Assembly: GCA_951406725.2 (NCBI GenBank)
Contig: OX597820.1
Location: 22,692,001 to 22,756,000 of the forward strand
Direction of reading: 5' to 3'
DNA from: Octopus vulgaris
Lineage: Eukaryota
DNA length: 64,000 nt
Below the pieces are notes generated by a model, which searched no databases, had not been told where the DNA came from, and saw only the letters and a program-made list of their open reading frames with translations. The position numbers were made by a program, and so were the translations under genes. Numbering within the stretch: the stretch's first letter is position 1; each line of letters begins with the position of its first letter. Below are positions 51,724 through 64,000 of this stretch, one piece after another.

Positions 51724-52757
51724 TACACTGAGCCTGGATGTTATGTTTATTAAACACTTACATGTGAACCTACTTGCAATTTATCCACACACACACACAA
51801 TTTCAATGACTTAATCAGGAGGTAGGAAAGTGCGTCTGACCTTTTCAAGTCCTCCAAGGCTACAAATCCACTACACACACACACACACTTCCCTGAAGAT
51901 TGCTTCTAATGAGAAAAACTTGGTTGCAACATGTACAAGGGATATTCCACACTCTTGCTAACTAAGATTATCAGATGTTACATATATTACCATAGCGCCA
52001 TGCAGAGTGTTAGGAATCTGACTATGCTAACAAACTGAATCGTTAAATGAGATATTGGTTTCTTGCAGAGGCACAATGCCAAAATTTGTAGGTGGCGTGT
52101 GTAATTGATTGAATCGGCACTAAAAGGATTTAGCCTCAGAACATACAGTTTATGCTTCGAATTACCATTGCATAGCAGTTCGCTGTTGTTTAACCCATGG
52201 TCAATCTTGATTAAGCAATTCTAAGATAAAACGATTTCCAGCTGTGACCACATCTTTGGAAGGGTACTGAAGATTATATTATCCAACATGATCTGCTTTC
52301 GATTGAGAAAGCAGGGTCTGAGGGAGATTTCACTGCTATTTCTAGGGTTCTCAAGTGGAATACATGAAGTGGTTATTTCTTACACTCAACTGAATATAGT
52401 TTATAATCTCATTTCTAACTCAGAAGTTATTGTTTATAGCCTTAAATCAACCTGATGAGGGAGATGTTTAATCAAAGTAATTACAGCCACAACTGTATTG
52501 TCTTTTATTAAAGCACACTGTAACTGAGTGTGTGGATATGAAAGAGATTTAGCTACTATGCCTAACAGTTTGAGAAACCACACAGAGGTCCACTCATTCG
52601 TTTGTCTCTATTAAAAGTAATCTGTAGTATCAATTAATGATACTATATCTTAGCATGTTTAACAAGTATATTATGCCAAACAACAGATGATTTTTCACTT
52701 AACACAAGAACAGAACACCTTAATTTGCTCCTATCACACAGTAACTGTAATATATAT

Positions 52758-53040
52758 TCCACTCATCCATCAATCCATCCAGCTTTTCCACCCACTATTC
52801 CTGGTAGGGTTATGGGGATGGAGTCCTCAGGTACCTACACTATAGGGTCCTATCAGAAGCAACTATCATTAGACTTTCCAAGCTTGGCCAACTGAAACTA
52901 TGGAAATTATTCAGCCATCTTATTCTTGGTCTACCTCTAGGTTTCCACCTGGTTGACTTGACCTGGCTTCAAGAATCTGTCTTGTGATTCTTTCCTGTGA
53001 CATTCTAATCAAAGGTGTGTAGTATCAAAGCCGTGACCTT
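52758..53040 (-). mobile_element. Degenerate RTE (Expander-like) LINE 3' end
   Basis: Minus strand encodes PRGRPRIRWLNNFHSFSWPSLG and ends in a (GGAT)n-like tail. Confidence 0.55.
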
Positions 53041-53551
53041 GAAATGCAGAGAAGATTCAACTGATCTTCAAGTTACACACACGGCCCAGTAAAGTTACTT
53101 CTGGACATAATACTAAGCTTCATGTAACAATCATCAAAAGACTAACTAGAAATAATTATGTAGTGACTTAAAAAAATAACATTAGTTCAATGAAGAAAAC
53201 TGAAACACCTGGTGTAGGGAAAAAAAAACTGCTTAAAAATATCATGATTCAGGAGTACCATCTGCATCCAAAGCAATAAGGAATGCACAAGGCATCAATT
53301 CTAGATAATTTAACAACAGTAGTGAAAAGTGTAATTTCAATTTTGACTAACTGTACTACATAAAATATATGTATGTATATATATATATATATATATATTC
53401 AAATTCAAGTCAATTCGCTGAAGATATAATTCAGTGCGTTAACTTGGGATTCCTTAATGACAATATATATTCAAGTTAATATCTTTTCTTAGACATACAG
53501 CTTACTGAGTTCTAACATAATTTTTTTTGCTAAATGTTATAATTTTGTATG

Positions 53552-53569
53552 TATTTCTGTATGTGTGTG

Positions 53570-53609
<40 letters not shown>

Positions 53610-53629
53610 CACACACACATACAGAAATA
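53552..53629. repeat. Near-perfect palindrome of about 78 bp centred on (AT)n
   Basis: TATTTCTGTATGTGTGTGTGAA-(TA)n-TTCACACACACACATACAGAAATA. Confidence 0.93.
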
Positions 53630-54753
53630 TATATATATATATATATATATATAGTGTGCGTGTGTGTATTTTTTTGTGTGGGTTAACCTTATTTTGAGAG
53701 GGATTGAAGAGAATAGAATAAATAGCAGAAATAGCAGTGTTTCATATAAGAAATGAAGAAAAAAAGAAAAAGAAAAAAGATACCAGAATGTGTATATATA
53801 TTATATATATAAATAAAACCACATTGTATACAAACAACAATAATTGGTGCCAACAACAGCTAACAACAAATAGATGGCAGATGGTGACAAAAGAGCAGAA
53901 TGATTTGCCAAAATTGTGATGTCATGTGAAGTGGTACATGGATGTGCATAAGCAAGTGTTGGAATAAATGTGTGTGTGTGTGTGTGTGTGTGTATGTATA
54001 TGTATGTATGTTAACACATGAACACATATATATATGTGTGTGTGTAAATATATATATATAATATACACACACACATGCATACATATGTCTTAATGTTACA
54101 GCTTGCCTTTCACACACATGTCTTAGGAAAAAAGTTTATGAACATACAGATGCATACAGAAACATATGCACACACACACACACTAATAGATGCATATGCA
54201 TACTAGCATATTAAAGAACATACATACACATTTACATGTGTGCATATACACACACAGACACGCATTGTGTATGATTATAAAAGGATACACTCACATATGC
54301 ATATATTACTGCAAAGATATATATGCCTGTGTATATTATGCAGAAAAGCTCACACATGTATATATTGATATGCATATACTTATATGTGCATATATATATA
54401 TAGATGCATTCACATACTCACACTATGCACACAACATACATACATATACATACATATGTAATACTTCATTAAAACTGATTGCATTGTTGTGGGTGTATAT
54501 AAAAGATGTGAAAGACAATATGTTGTTTTCTAGTTAGGCCAAATAATGGAGAGAAAAGAAAAAAAAATCATTACTGGGCATAAATAGCATAAATTCTTAA
54601 AAAGTTTTTTTTTTTTTTTAAATACATATAGTGAAACAGCAAAGACTCATTGCTGGAATTAAAAGATATCTTAGCATACAACAGGATTATAAAATTCAAC
54701 CTCAACCCCACACCCTAAGAAAAGGAAACAAAACCTGTTTCTAAGAATTTACT

Positions 54754-56372
54754 TTAAACCTTTTGGTACCAACCTACCTGAGACTGATCCTGTCTCTGAA
54801 GAGTAAATGTCATGTTCGAAAAATTTCTCAATTAACATGTTAAATGGTTCATTGCTTAACTTCACGCAACAGCCAGTAACAGGCCGAGGCAGTTAATGTG
54901 TTAAAATTTTTTATATCAACAGTGTTCCAAACACTGACTTGATAATAAAGATATTTTACTAAATTCTTCATAATATTTATTAAAGACAGTGTATCTCAAC
55001 GAAAACATGTTTACTGCAGAAACCAGGTATATCCACTCAAAATATCATTTATCTTAAACTATGGAAAGCAATTTTATATCCCAATTTATCTTTTGTTGAG
55101 GAATGTTATGTTTCAAACTATTTTCTCTTGAGATGTATCAAGTTCATTGAGGAAAGAGGACATGCAGAAATTCTAATTCTATTTAACATCATTACTGGAA
55201 TAACCAGGAAATTTAATTTCATAGATAAAGAGTTAACCCTTTTGATACCAATACACTTAAGACTGCCCCAGAGCTCTTTAATACAAAATTTTTGCTTTAA
55301 AGTGATCACAAAACTACCTATCAAAATTTCACCTTAATTCATATCCTCAACACTAATTTAATAACAAAAAGAACTATTTTACTATATCTATTATTTTTGA
55401 AATTAATTGAACCAAGGGTGGTGCATTTCAAGAAAAATAATGGTTAACAAAAGCATTTAAAAAATAATACTGAATCACTGCAATATTGTAGAAATGTGAA
55501 AATTATCATAGAGTATGAAGAAAAGATTCAACTTTGAAGATTCTAAAATGTCCAAGAAATAAATCCCCATGTAATTCCTTAACTAACAGATTGAGGAAAG
55601 ATACAATAAAGTAAAACTGAATCTTGTACAAAGTCATGGAGTTGAAAATTAAATTATCATCCAAACAGAAAGAAGCTTCAATATTCTATTTGTTGAAGAT
55701 TAATAAGTTAACAGTGCAGTTGAGTTAACTATAAATGGCAACATTTTGAACCAAATAAACAAGAAACGGAAGAAAATATTTTCTTGACTGTATTTTTTAA
55801 AAATCCCCACCTCTGTATTTCTGTCTTGAATTCAATGATACAGGAATACTGTAAACAATTTTAAAGCAAAGTGACTAGGAAGGATAATTAGATGAATGTA
55901 AGTTATTAATAAAAACCAACAAATGGGATGTCTTTAATGTCTTTAAACCTTTTGATACAAACTTGTCTGAGACCGACCCTGGGTTCTATCACACAAACAT
56001 ACTGTTTTAAAGTGGTCTAAATTAAAACCTTCCATCAAAATTCCATGTTAATTTACGGTCTGAACACCGACTGAATAATGGCAAAATTATTTTACCAAAT
56101 TCTTCATTATTTTAAAAATCTATTAAAACCAAAACAGAATATATTCAGAAGGAATATTGGGTTCAATTTTTTGGCACAAGGCCAGCAATTTTTTTTGGGT
56201 GGGGGTATAAAGTTAGTTGTATTGACCTCAGAAGGATTGAAAGTCAAAGTCAGCCTTGGTGCGGAATTTGAACTCACAACGTAAAGATGAAATGCCACAA
56301 AGCATTTTGCCTGGCATACTAACCATTCTGCCAGCTCGCTGCCTTTTTTCAGAAGAAATATCGAAAGGATAA
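54754..56372. mobile_element. Cluster of degenerate TTAA MITEs, one interrupted by a SINE B copy (about 56160-56345)
   Basis: Repeated ttaa.cc.ttttg.tac.aa termini at 54754, 55232 and 55943. Confidence 0.6.
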
Positions 56373-57221
56373 ATGCTCTTAAGGAACCTAATATTTACTA
56401 ACCAAGAAAGTGTTCTAAGCTCTAAGGAATTAATTACAGGGTATAAATTATGAAATATTGAATAGCCGGTGATCTACTGGGATCAACATTCACTTCATAC
56501 ACACACATTACTAACGACAGTTGGTCAAAGTCTGACACATGATGAAGGCTTCAAGATGATAAGACACAAACCAATGACTGGTTTGTGTTACCTCTTAGAA
56601 CAATGAAAATAAACAGGCCCAATCTTAAACACTGATCATGAAACTCATAATCAATAGTGTTGGGAGGTTGCCAACTAATGTTCCACAGGATTATGCTATG
56701 GCTATTAATCATTACCTAGGAACCTACAAAGCCCATGGTTTACCATAGAATACTGATAATTAATCAATACTTCATTATAAACTGACTAACTATCCATCTA
56801 TCTGCATAGCTAGTTCTCTTATTTGCAATCAGAAAGTTTCCATAAAAGTACATATTTAATTAATTTTGCATATATACCAAAACAAATGGAATTTTAAAAG
56901 CGTAACTAATTTACATCTAGGGCAACTATTTGCGAAAGACCACATTAAAACTTGTTTCATGGTTCGCCAAACCATATTTTGAACATTCTATCATGCCTCC
57001 ATTTATACAAGACTCAGGATCTTTAACATGAAGATGGTGCTGCTGTACTGATGTGAAACATGGCAAGTTGCAAAGTTCTCTATCAATAAGTTCCAAACAT
57101 TTGCAGGTGGCTACACTTGGGGATAACTGCAATCCAATCCATTGTTAAAGATAGAAACAGAAATCTCTTGTTGCTCCTTACACAGAGTTAAAGGATTAAG
57201 AACAAGATAATATATATGTCG

Positions 57222-57470
57222 TGGAGGCACATGGCTTAGTGGTTAGGGTGTCAGCATCATGATCGTAAGATTATGGTTTCAATTCCTGGACTGGGCGACG
57301 TGCTGTGTTCTTGAGCAAAACACTTCATTTCACGTTGCTCCAGTCCACTCAGCTGGCAAAAATGAGTAACACTGCGATAGACTGGCGTCCCATGCAGCTG
57401 GGGAACACATATGCCATTGAAACCGGGAAATGGGGCCCATGAGCCTGGCTAGGCTTTAAAAGGGCGCATT
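57222..57470 (+). mobile_element. SINE family C variant
   Basis: ggcacatggcttagtggttagggtg...ttcaattcctgg head. Related copies at about 17130-17350(-), 28690-28832(-), 32560-32860(+), 34980-35300(+), 43380-43612(-), 44100-44405(+) and 44690-44910(-). Confidence 0.8.
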
Positions 57471-58175
57471 TATTTTTTTTTAATATGTCAGTATTTTGTT
57501 TGTCTCAGTTCCTGCAGATTCCAATAGGTACTAAAGATAGAAAAGATATACTTATGTAAAAATGCTTTCACTAACTTTATGCCAATGTCTACATTTGTGA
57601 AACAATTAAAACCAAATGCTAGAAGAGGGGAAAATGAATTTTAACTATTAAAGAAAGAAAGAATTCTAAAGAAGCATTTTTTTTTTTGCGTTTAAGTAAT
57701 TAATAAATTGCTTAATTAAAATTAAGTTTCCCACGTCAAAGAAATAACATTTCAAATGTTGAACGAATTAGTCTAAAGTTAGCAAAAATTATTTCACAAA
57801 TTTAATTATTGTTAATTGAAATAAAACTGTAAGAACTGGGAATGACCTATAGCAGACTTACACTTAGAAATCTACCAACCCTCCGAAGGTTTATTTTTTG
57901 CAATTCATAATTGATAAAAAAATAAATAAAAAATGAATTCCTGTATATGCATTTGATATTCTTAATTCCAGCATGAGTTTGTGCAAAGCAACAAGCATGA
58001 ATATACCTCAGCAATTCTACAAAGAATACTTAGAGCAAACAGACGGACATAGTGAAGGAAGAAGGTGGGGGGTGTTTCTAAAAGAGAAGCGAGCCCATAG
58101 CAACAAGAAAACAACAGGTACAACAAAAACTGTGGCAATGTGGTTTCTTTCAGAGTCTGGCATATCCAGACTTAC

Positions 58176-58371
58176 TGTATGATATTTTTGAAGATAATCT
58201 CTGGACTGATATGATCTTGGAGTAGGCGTTGATCGCCCGCTAAGTGGTGGAGACGATCGCTCATAACCCGAGCGCCATCTGTTGGCTATTGCATCAAGAC
58301 TTCCACTCCCTACCCTGCTTTCCAGTTCTTCTGCTCGCTGTTCGGTACTTTCTTTCTCCTCTTGTATCAAT
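58176..58371 (-). CDS. PPFIA1: Liprin-alpha exon, end of coiled-coil region: (R)[26 protein letters not shown]...[10 protein letters not shown]...DYLQKYHT
   Basis: Translation matches recalled liprin-alpha motifs ([20 protein letters not shown]; SPP.SGRSTP). Acceptor ctttttcag and donor ACA|gtaagt; 196 nt, phase 2 to 0. Confidence 0.95.
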
Positions 58372-58770
58372 CTGAAAAAGAAGTGAAGGGGAAAAGTTAA
58401 TCAATGTAGAGCCACTTAGCAGTTAATTACTATTGTAAAAACAAACAAAAAAAAACCCCTCCAGATTACTCTTCTCTCCTGCTTAGTATTACCATCATAT
58501 GATTAACATCTGTTTTAAATAGGCATTAATTAAATGGTTATCAAAAAAACTCCATAATTAATAAGAAAATTAATTAATACCATCATCAAATAGACTATGA
58601 AGTTCCTGCTATATTTAATAATCACATTAATCAATACATACCATACCAACAATCACTACTTGAAAGTGCTGCTCTTTTTTTTCTTTATATCATAGTCAGG
58701 AGTAAAAGCAGGGTTTCTGACCCTTTACATGGAACCTGAGAATAGTGGGAGGAGGGAAGGGATAAAATAG

Positions 58771-58996
58771 CTATTTCTTTACTAACCACAAGGGGCTAAA
58801 CACAGAGAGGACAAACAAACGGATTAAGTCGATTATATCGACTCCAGTGAGTAACTGGTACTTATTTTAATCGACCCCGAAAGGATGAAAGGCAAAGTCG
58901 ACCTCAGCTGTATTTGAACTCAGAATGTAGCGGCAGACGAAATACCGCAAAGCATTTTGCCCAGCATGCTAACATTTCTGCCAGCTCACCGCCTTA
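58771..58996 (-). mobile_element. SINE family B variant with an alternative 3' end
   Basis: Shares its 3' tail (tttcttta..cacaaggggctaaaca.agag.ggacaaaca) with the nested copy at 14475-14681. Confidence 0.82.
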
Positions 58997-59259
58997 TCCG
59001 AAGGGACGACAGCTTCAAACCAGAGATCTGGCCCCAAATCCTTACAATGCAAAGGGTTTCAGCTGAATGCCCTCGACATGTCAACTGATGGTGTTCAGGT
59101 GACAAGGCAATATGCACTGATCTAATTGATTACCAATTTAAATAATTTAAAACAATGACCCACTTCTTCATTAACAAATAATTATCAACTTTGGAATGTA
59201 CTTAGATGTAAGGAATCCTTCTGCTAAAGTTTTAAATAAACTTGTAAATTTGTGGAATC

Positions 59260-59478
59260 ATGTGGCCATTGCCAGCCTCGCCTGGTACCTGTGCGGTGGC
59301 ATGTAAAAAGCACCCACTACACTCACGGAGTAGTTGGCATTAGGAAGGGCATCCTGCTGTAGAAACACTGCCAGATCAGACTGGGGCTGGTGCAACTTCC
59401 TGGCTTCCCAGACCCCAGTCGAACCGTCCAACCCATGCTAGCATGGAAAGCGGACGTTAAGCGAGGATGATGATGATC
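59260..59478 (+). mobile_element. Repeat family D
   Basis: Same motifs. Confidence 0.75.
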
Positions 59479-60774
59479 TAAGCCTCACGAATACAGAAAA
59501 CTGGTTTAAAATATTATCACTACCATCAATATAACTAAGTGGGTGGAGAGCATCTTTTTTAATAAGTATTATTTGAAATAAGACTCGTTCATTTAGTTAC
59601 TGCTGTAATGTAAGACTAAATTTTGAAACATAAATATTTTTATAATCATATAAAGTAATATGATAATTATACTGGAAATGTTGAACATAAGCAGCAGTGG
59701 TACTTCTAATTACTAACAAACTTGGCTTCTTATTTTTCTCCAAATACACAAGTCTATATTTAGTCAATGCATAAAGACACAGCACTAGTGGAACTGATAA
59801 GGATAATTAATGATAATTAACGATAACGATGATGAAGACAAAGATGATAGTGATGGAGAGACCAAAATCCAATACAACATACGGCATATATAAAACAAAT
59901 AAAAACTGCTGATAATTAATCAATTTTTTATAAACTGGAGAAAAGAACAAAAAGGTTAAAAGCATCAGCGATAAAAATTCGAGAGAATGAAAGAAGAAAA
60001 TAAACACCACTGTTTCAATCCCTCACACTTCTAATGAAATTTTGAATGATTATGTCTAGATTTCAATAGCAAGCATGTTGCATATGAAAATGTTTCTAAA
60101 TATGTCAGCCTATTATTTTGTTAGGCTACTTCCTCCAAGCATTATACATCTGCTATGGCAACAGTAACCTGATCTCTGTAAGAAAATCTTACAAAAATTA
60201 AATAATGATAATAATGGGATTGATCCCACATCTGCTACTTCAATCTAAAAGATTAAAAGCTGGTGAATAAAGAGAGATCTTTCAAGTCAGGAGTGAAAGT
60301 TAGATAATCTGCTCTGATTATTAAGGTGCCAGGTAGAATAATTTAAACAAACTAAAACAATAATCTTTTATGTGCAATAAAATCAGTATTAAATCAAAAT
60401 AGCCATTTATGCATCATACTTAAAGTAAATTTACTGCAGGATTCATCCAGAGATAACATCTCAGATAGATGAGATGTGTTTAAAAATGCTACATCTAAGG
60501 GAGACAAAAATCCTCCCAGTAGTAAGTGGTGAGAATGCCAGATGCATTTCTGCTTCATTAAGCATTATCAAAAACATGTACTCCTAGTTGCAGTGAAAAA
60601 TATTCACTGGTATTGCAAATAGTCAATCAGCTGAATAACAAATCTGTTATAAGCAATAGAAGTGGTATTAAATTGAAATAGTTATGTGTCATACCTAATG
60701 TAATTACATTGTTAAAAGGCAAATTAACTGTTCTAGTCATAATTATTAATAATCAAGTAGCTAGTGGGTTTTCT

Positions 60775-60963
60775 TACTCTTTTACTTGTTTCAGTCATTT
60801 GACTGTGGCCATGCTGGAGCACTGCCTTTAGTCGAGCAAATCGACCCCAGGACTTTGTAAGCCTAGTACTTATTCTATTGGTCGCTTTTGCCGAACCACT
60901 AAGTTATGGGGACGTAAACACACCAGCATCGGTTGTCAAGCGATGTTGGGGGGACAAACACAG

Positions 60964-60996
<33 letters not shown>

Positions 60997-61160
60997 CGAT
61001 GGGCTTCTTTCAGTTTCCGTCTACCAAATCCACTCACAAGGCTTTGGTCAGCCTGAGGTTATAGTAGAAGACACTTGCGCAGGGTGCCACGCAGTGGGAC
61101 TGAACCCAGAACCATGTGGCTCATAAGCAAGCGACTAACCACACAGCCACTTCTATGCCT
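60775..61160 (-). mobile_element. SINE family A
   Basis: Full-length copy. Confidence 0.86.
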
Positions 61161-64000
61161 ATACTTTTAAATATAATAAAAAAGAAGCTATGTTTTTGAA
61201 GGAAGCATCCACACAAAAACAGTGTTATTGGGAAATACCACTCTAATACCACTCTATAACATGTCATTGCACTCGTATCTTCCGTATTGTGGATTAAGGG
61301 TCTTGGATGGTTAGGGGTGGTCACTAGCCTTACAGCAGTCAGGAAAATGTCAACACTGCAATGGTTTCTTCACTTGTGAGGACATAATGTAAATGTAGCA
61401 TAAGCCAGCAGCAGTCACTATTTTCCAGTCAGTTGTGTTCTCTGTTGCTGCTGACCTTAAAGATGGACTAGTCATCAAAGGAACCACAACTGAAGGAGAG
61501 GATGGCCAAGATTAGACCCAGTGGATAACCACAAAGAAGTGCCGGTGTGCATGTGTTATAGACCACACACACACTCTGGGCACAAGTACATAAATACATG
61601 TATAGGGCCACATATGATAATTTGCATGTACACAAACAGGCAAACCACACAGCATTAATATATCATTCATATATATATATACATACATATATGCATGTAT
61701 TAGAGCAGACAAGATTCTCTGTGAAATAAGAGACAAGCATACAATTATAATGCATGAAATTCATGGCTCGTTAATCAGAAGCATGAATAAATTGTACACC
61801 AGAGGCGATAACAAGCTAGTAGAGGATTTGATGAGGCGAAGGAGTGGTGGTTGAAGATCTAAAAATGAATATAAACATATAAACCACTTAACCAAAGAAA
61901 AGAAAATGCCAGAGAAGTGCAAATTATCTTATGCCACCTGAGACTTAATGAGTCATGTCGTCTTTATGCTAGTGATCACGGTGAGTTTGTAGTTTAGAGC
62001 CTTTAGTTCCAGTTACAACTTCATTATTTTCGACTTTCAGGCACTCTATGTGCTTGGAGTTGCATTGAAGAACGAGCAGTAAAATACTGAAAATAATTAG
62101 CATCAAAGACAGATTGATTTAAATGAGGAAAATAGGTACTAAAGGTTTTCCTGTTGTGATCTTTTAATAAGAGTGTATGTAAGCAAAATAATCTATTTAT
62201 CTAGCATCGTGATTCGTCATCATTTAACAAACACATTTTTATGGTTGCACAGGTCAGGTGGAATTTGTTGAGAAAGATTTTTTAAAGTCAGATGCTCTTT
62301 CTCTCACAAACCCTCACCTCTTTCAAAGCAAGGTAGTATTTCTCATGGCAAGACACATTTTTCACAGAAGACTGGAAACAAACAATAGCTTGTAAGATGT
62401 TGACACTTGATTACAACCGTTATGTGATACCAATACAAGGATGGACACACACGAGCTTCTTTTTGGTTTCTCTCTACTAAATCTGTTTGCAAGGTTTTAA
62501 TTGACCAGGGTCTGTAGTATAAGACAAGCCTGAGGTGCAGTGCTGTGGGACTGAACCTGAAATAATACGGTTGGGATGCAAGCTTCTCAACCACATAGCT
62601 ATGCCTGTGACAATCAATCATTTTTATTAAAAAAAAACAGGAAAAAAGAGCCCCTTCATACAAAGTTATAATAAGAATAAGGTTTATATTTTCCTTAGTG
62701 TTATCATTACCACTAACTAAATATATTTAACAATACTTCATTATCCAACATGAATTAATATATTCAAAACAGCCACAATTTAGCTGCTTCATACTTAATT
62801 GCTTACTGTTTGTAATATTAAAAAAAAAATCTAGACACCAATTGAAAGATAATAAATAAATGAATAAATTATAGATGCAATTAATTGAAAGCGTATGTTA
62901 GTTTTACGCAATATATTTTGTGGTAGTTTTATGTAATGTATTTTGTAATTTATGTAATCTATTTTGTGCAGAAACCTATGTTGTCTTTACATAATATCTA
63001 GCAATTATGATACCTATCAGGTGGTTGGAACTGATGTGTGTGTGTGTGTGTGAGTGTGTAGATAGACAGATATAGATATTTTGGGTATGTAATTTAAATT
63101 ATGTCATTTGCACATTGATGTAAATTGCAATGTAAAATAAGCTATATTACTGAAGCACATATTGATATTTCTACACATTTAAATATGGAAAATTTATAAA
63201 TATATAAAACCATGTTTGAATTTATATCACCCTCTCTCGTTTTTTGTATTTACCAGAGAGAGGCACATGCACACACATACACACACACATATATATAAAT
63301 TCAGAAAAGAGAGACAGACAAAAAGTGTTATATTTTAGGATTAAAACTCTATGGACAAGAAAGAAAAGATTTCATATCATGGACATAGAATTTAAACTAC
63401 TTTTAAACAAATGCAAATAGGTAAATTATCCCAGCCAACACTTATTTCAAAATAGATATATAACATTTTGTGAGAGACAGTTGCTAGTTCTTTTCTCTTT
63501 TCTTTCTTTCTTTCTTTTTTTTTTTTTGTATGTGGTGGATTTATTCAGTAAAGACTATTGTGATTCTAGTTTCAGGTGATAAAACAAGATGTGCAGATGA
63601 AACCTAGTGATTTCACTGAAAAAAAAAATAAAGTAATAAATAAAAATGAAATATAAATAAATAAGAAGTAAATGAAATCAGCCTAGTCTTCAATCTTACA
63701 TGAAACCTATACAAAACAAAGCAGTTTCTTGCAAATATTATCATTACATGATATTGAGATGTGATATGACAAGTAATTTCTTTTTGGTTTCATACAAAGA
63801 TGAAGCAAATTGTAAAAATGGAAGCAAAAGAAAAGGAGAGGCAAATCCTAACTCGACATTACTAATTTACAGAGACTATACATTCCAAGAACATAAAACA
63901 CTTCCTCCGCCCTTGAACACAGCTAAAAGTCATCTAACCCCATTCAAGTGTTAGGTTTTTATTGTCTGTCCCAGGTAATGATTCAAGGTAACCAAACAGC

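Noticed and set aside
57222-57295. tRNA-like box A/box B sequences (many copies)
   Set aside because: They are SINE heads that continue into SINE bodies; no complete cloverleaf was recognised.
60169-60175. 7-nt cag|AGATCAG|gttact upstream of the first exon
   Set aside because: Not frame-preserving and the donor is weak. The true upstream exon (LQEQLDAIN.EIR) was not found in the window.

Overview
AT-rich eukaryotic genomic DNA, very probably from an octopus or other cephalopod judging by the SINE families (inference). The whole window lies inside one minus-strand gene encoding a liprin-alpha (PPFIA/SYD-2 family) presynaptic scaffold. Eight GT-AG exons splice in frame with matching phases: 58176-58371, 42284-42373, 21575-21711, 7451-7635, 5606-5699, 4566-4647, 2074-2274 and 1407-1582. 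They encode the end of the coiled-coil region, the Ser/Pro-rich linker, SAM1 and most of SAM2. Both ends of the gene are outside the window. The introns hold several tRNA-derived SINE families, TTAA/piggyBac-type, hAT and Tc1/pogo-type MITEs, RTE and R4/Dong-like LINE remnants, and microsatellites. The most interesting signal is a set of small, frame-preserving, phase-matched candidate cassette exons and microexons (6, 15, 18/27, 39/42, 57 and 69/93 nt) in the two huge linker introns, plus possible frame-compensating microexon pairs. Also notable are an inverted SINE pair bracketing the SAM exons, a complete strand bias of one SINE family, and two long palindromes. The microexon calls rest on splice signals only and need RNA-seq.
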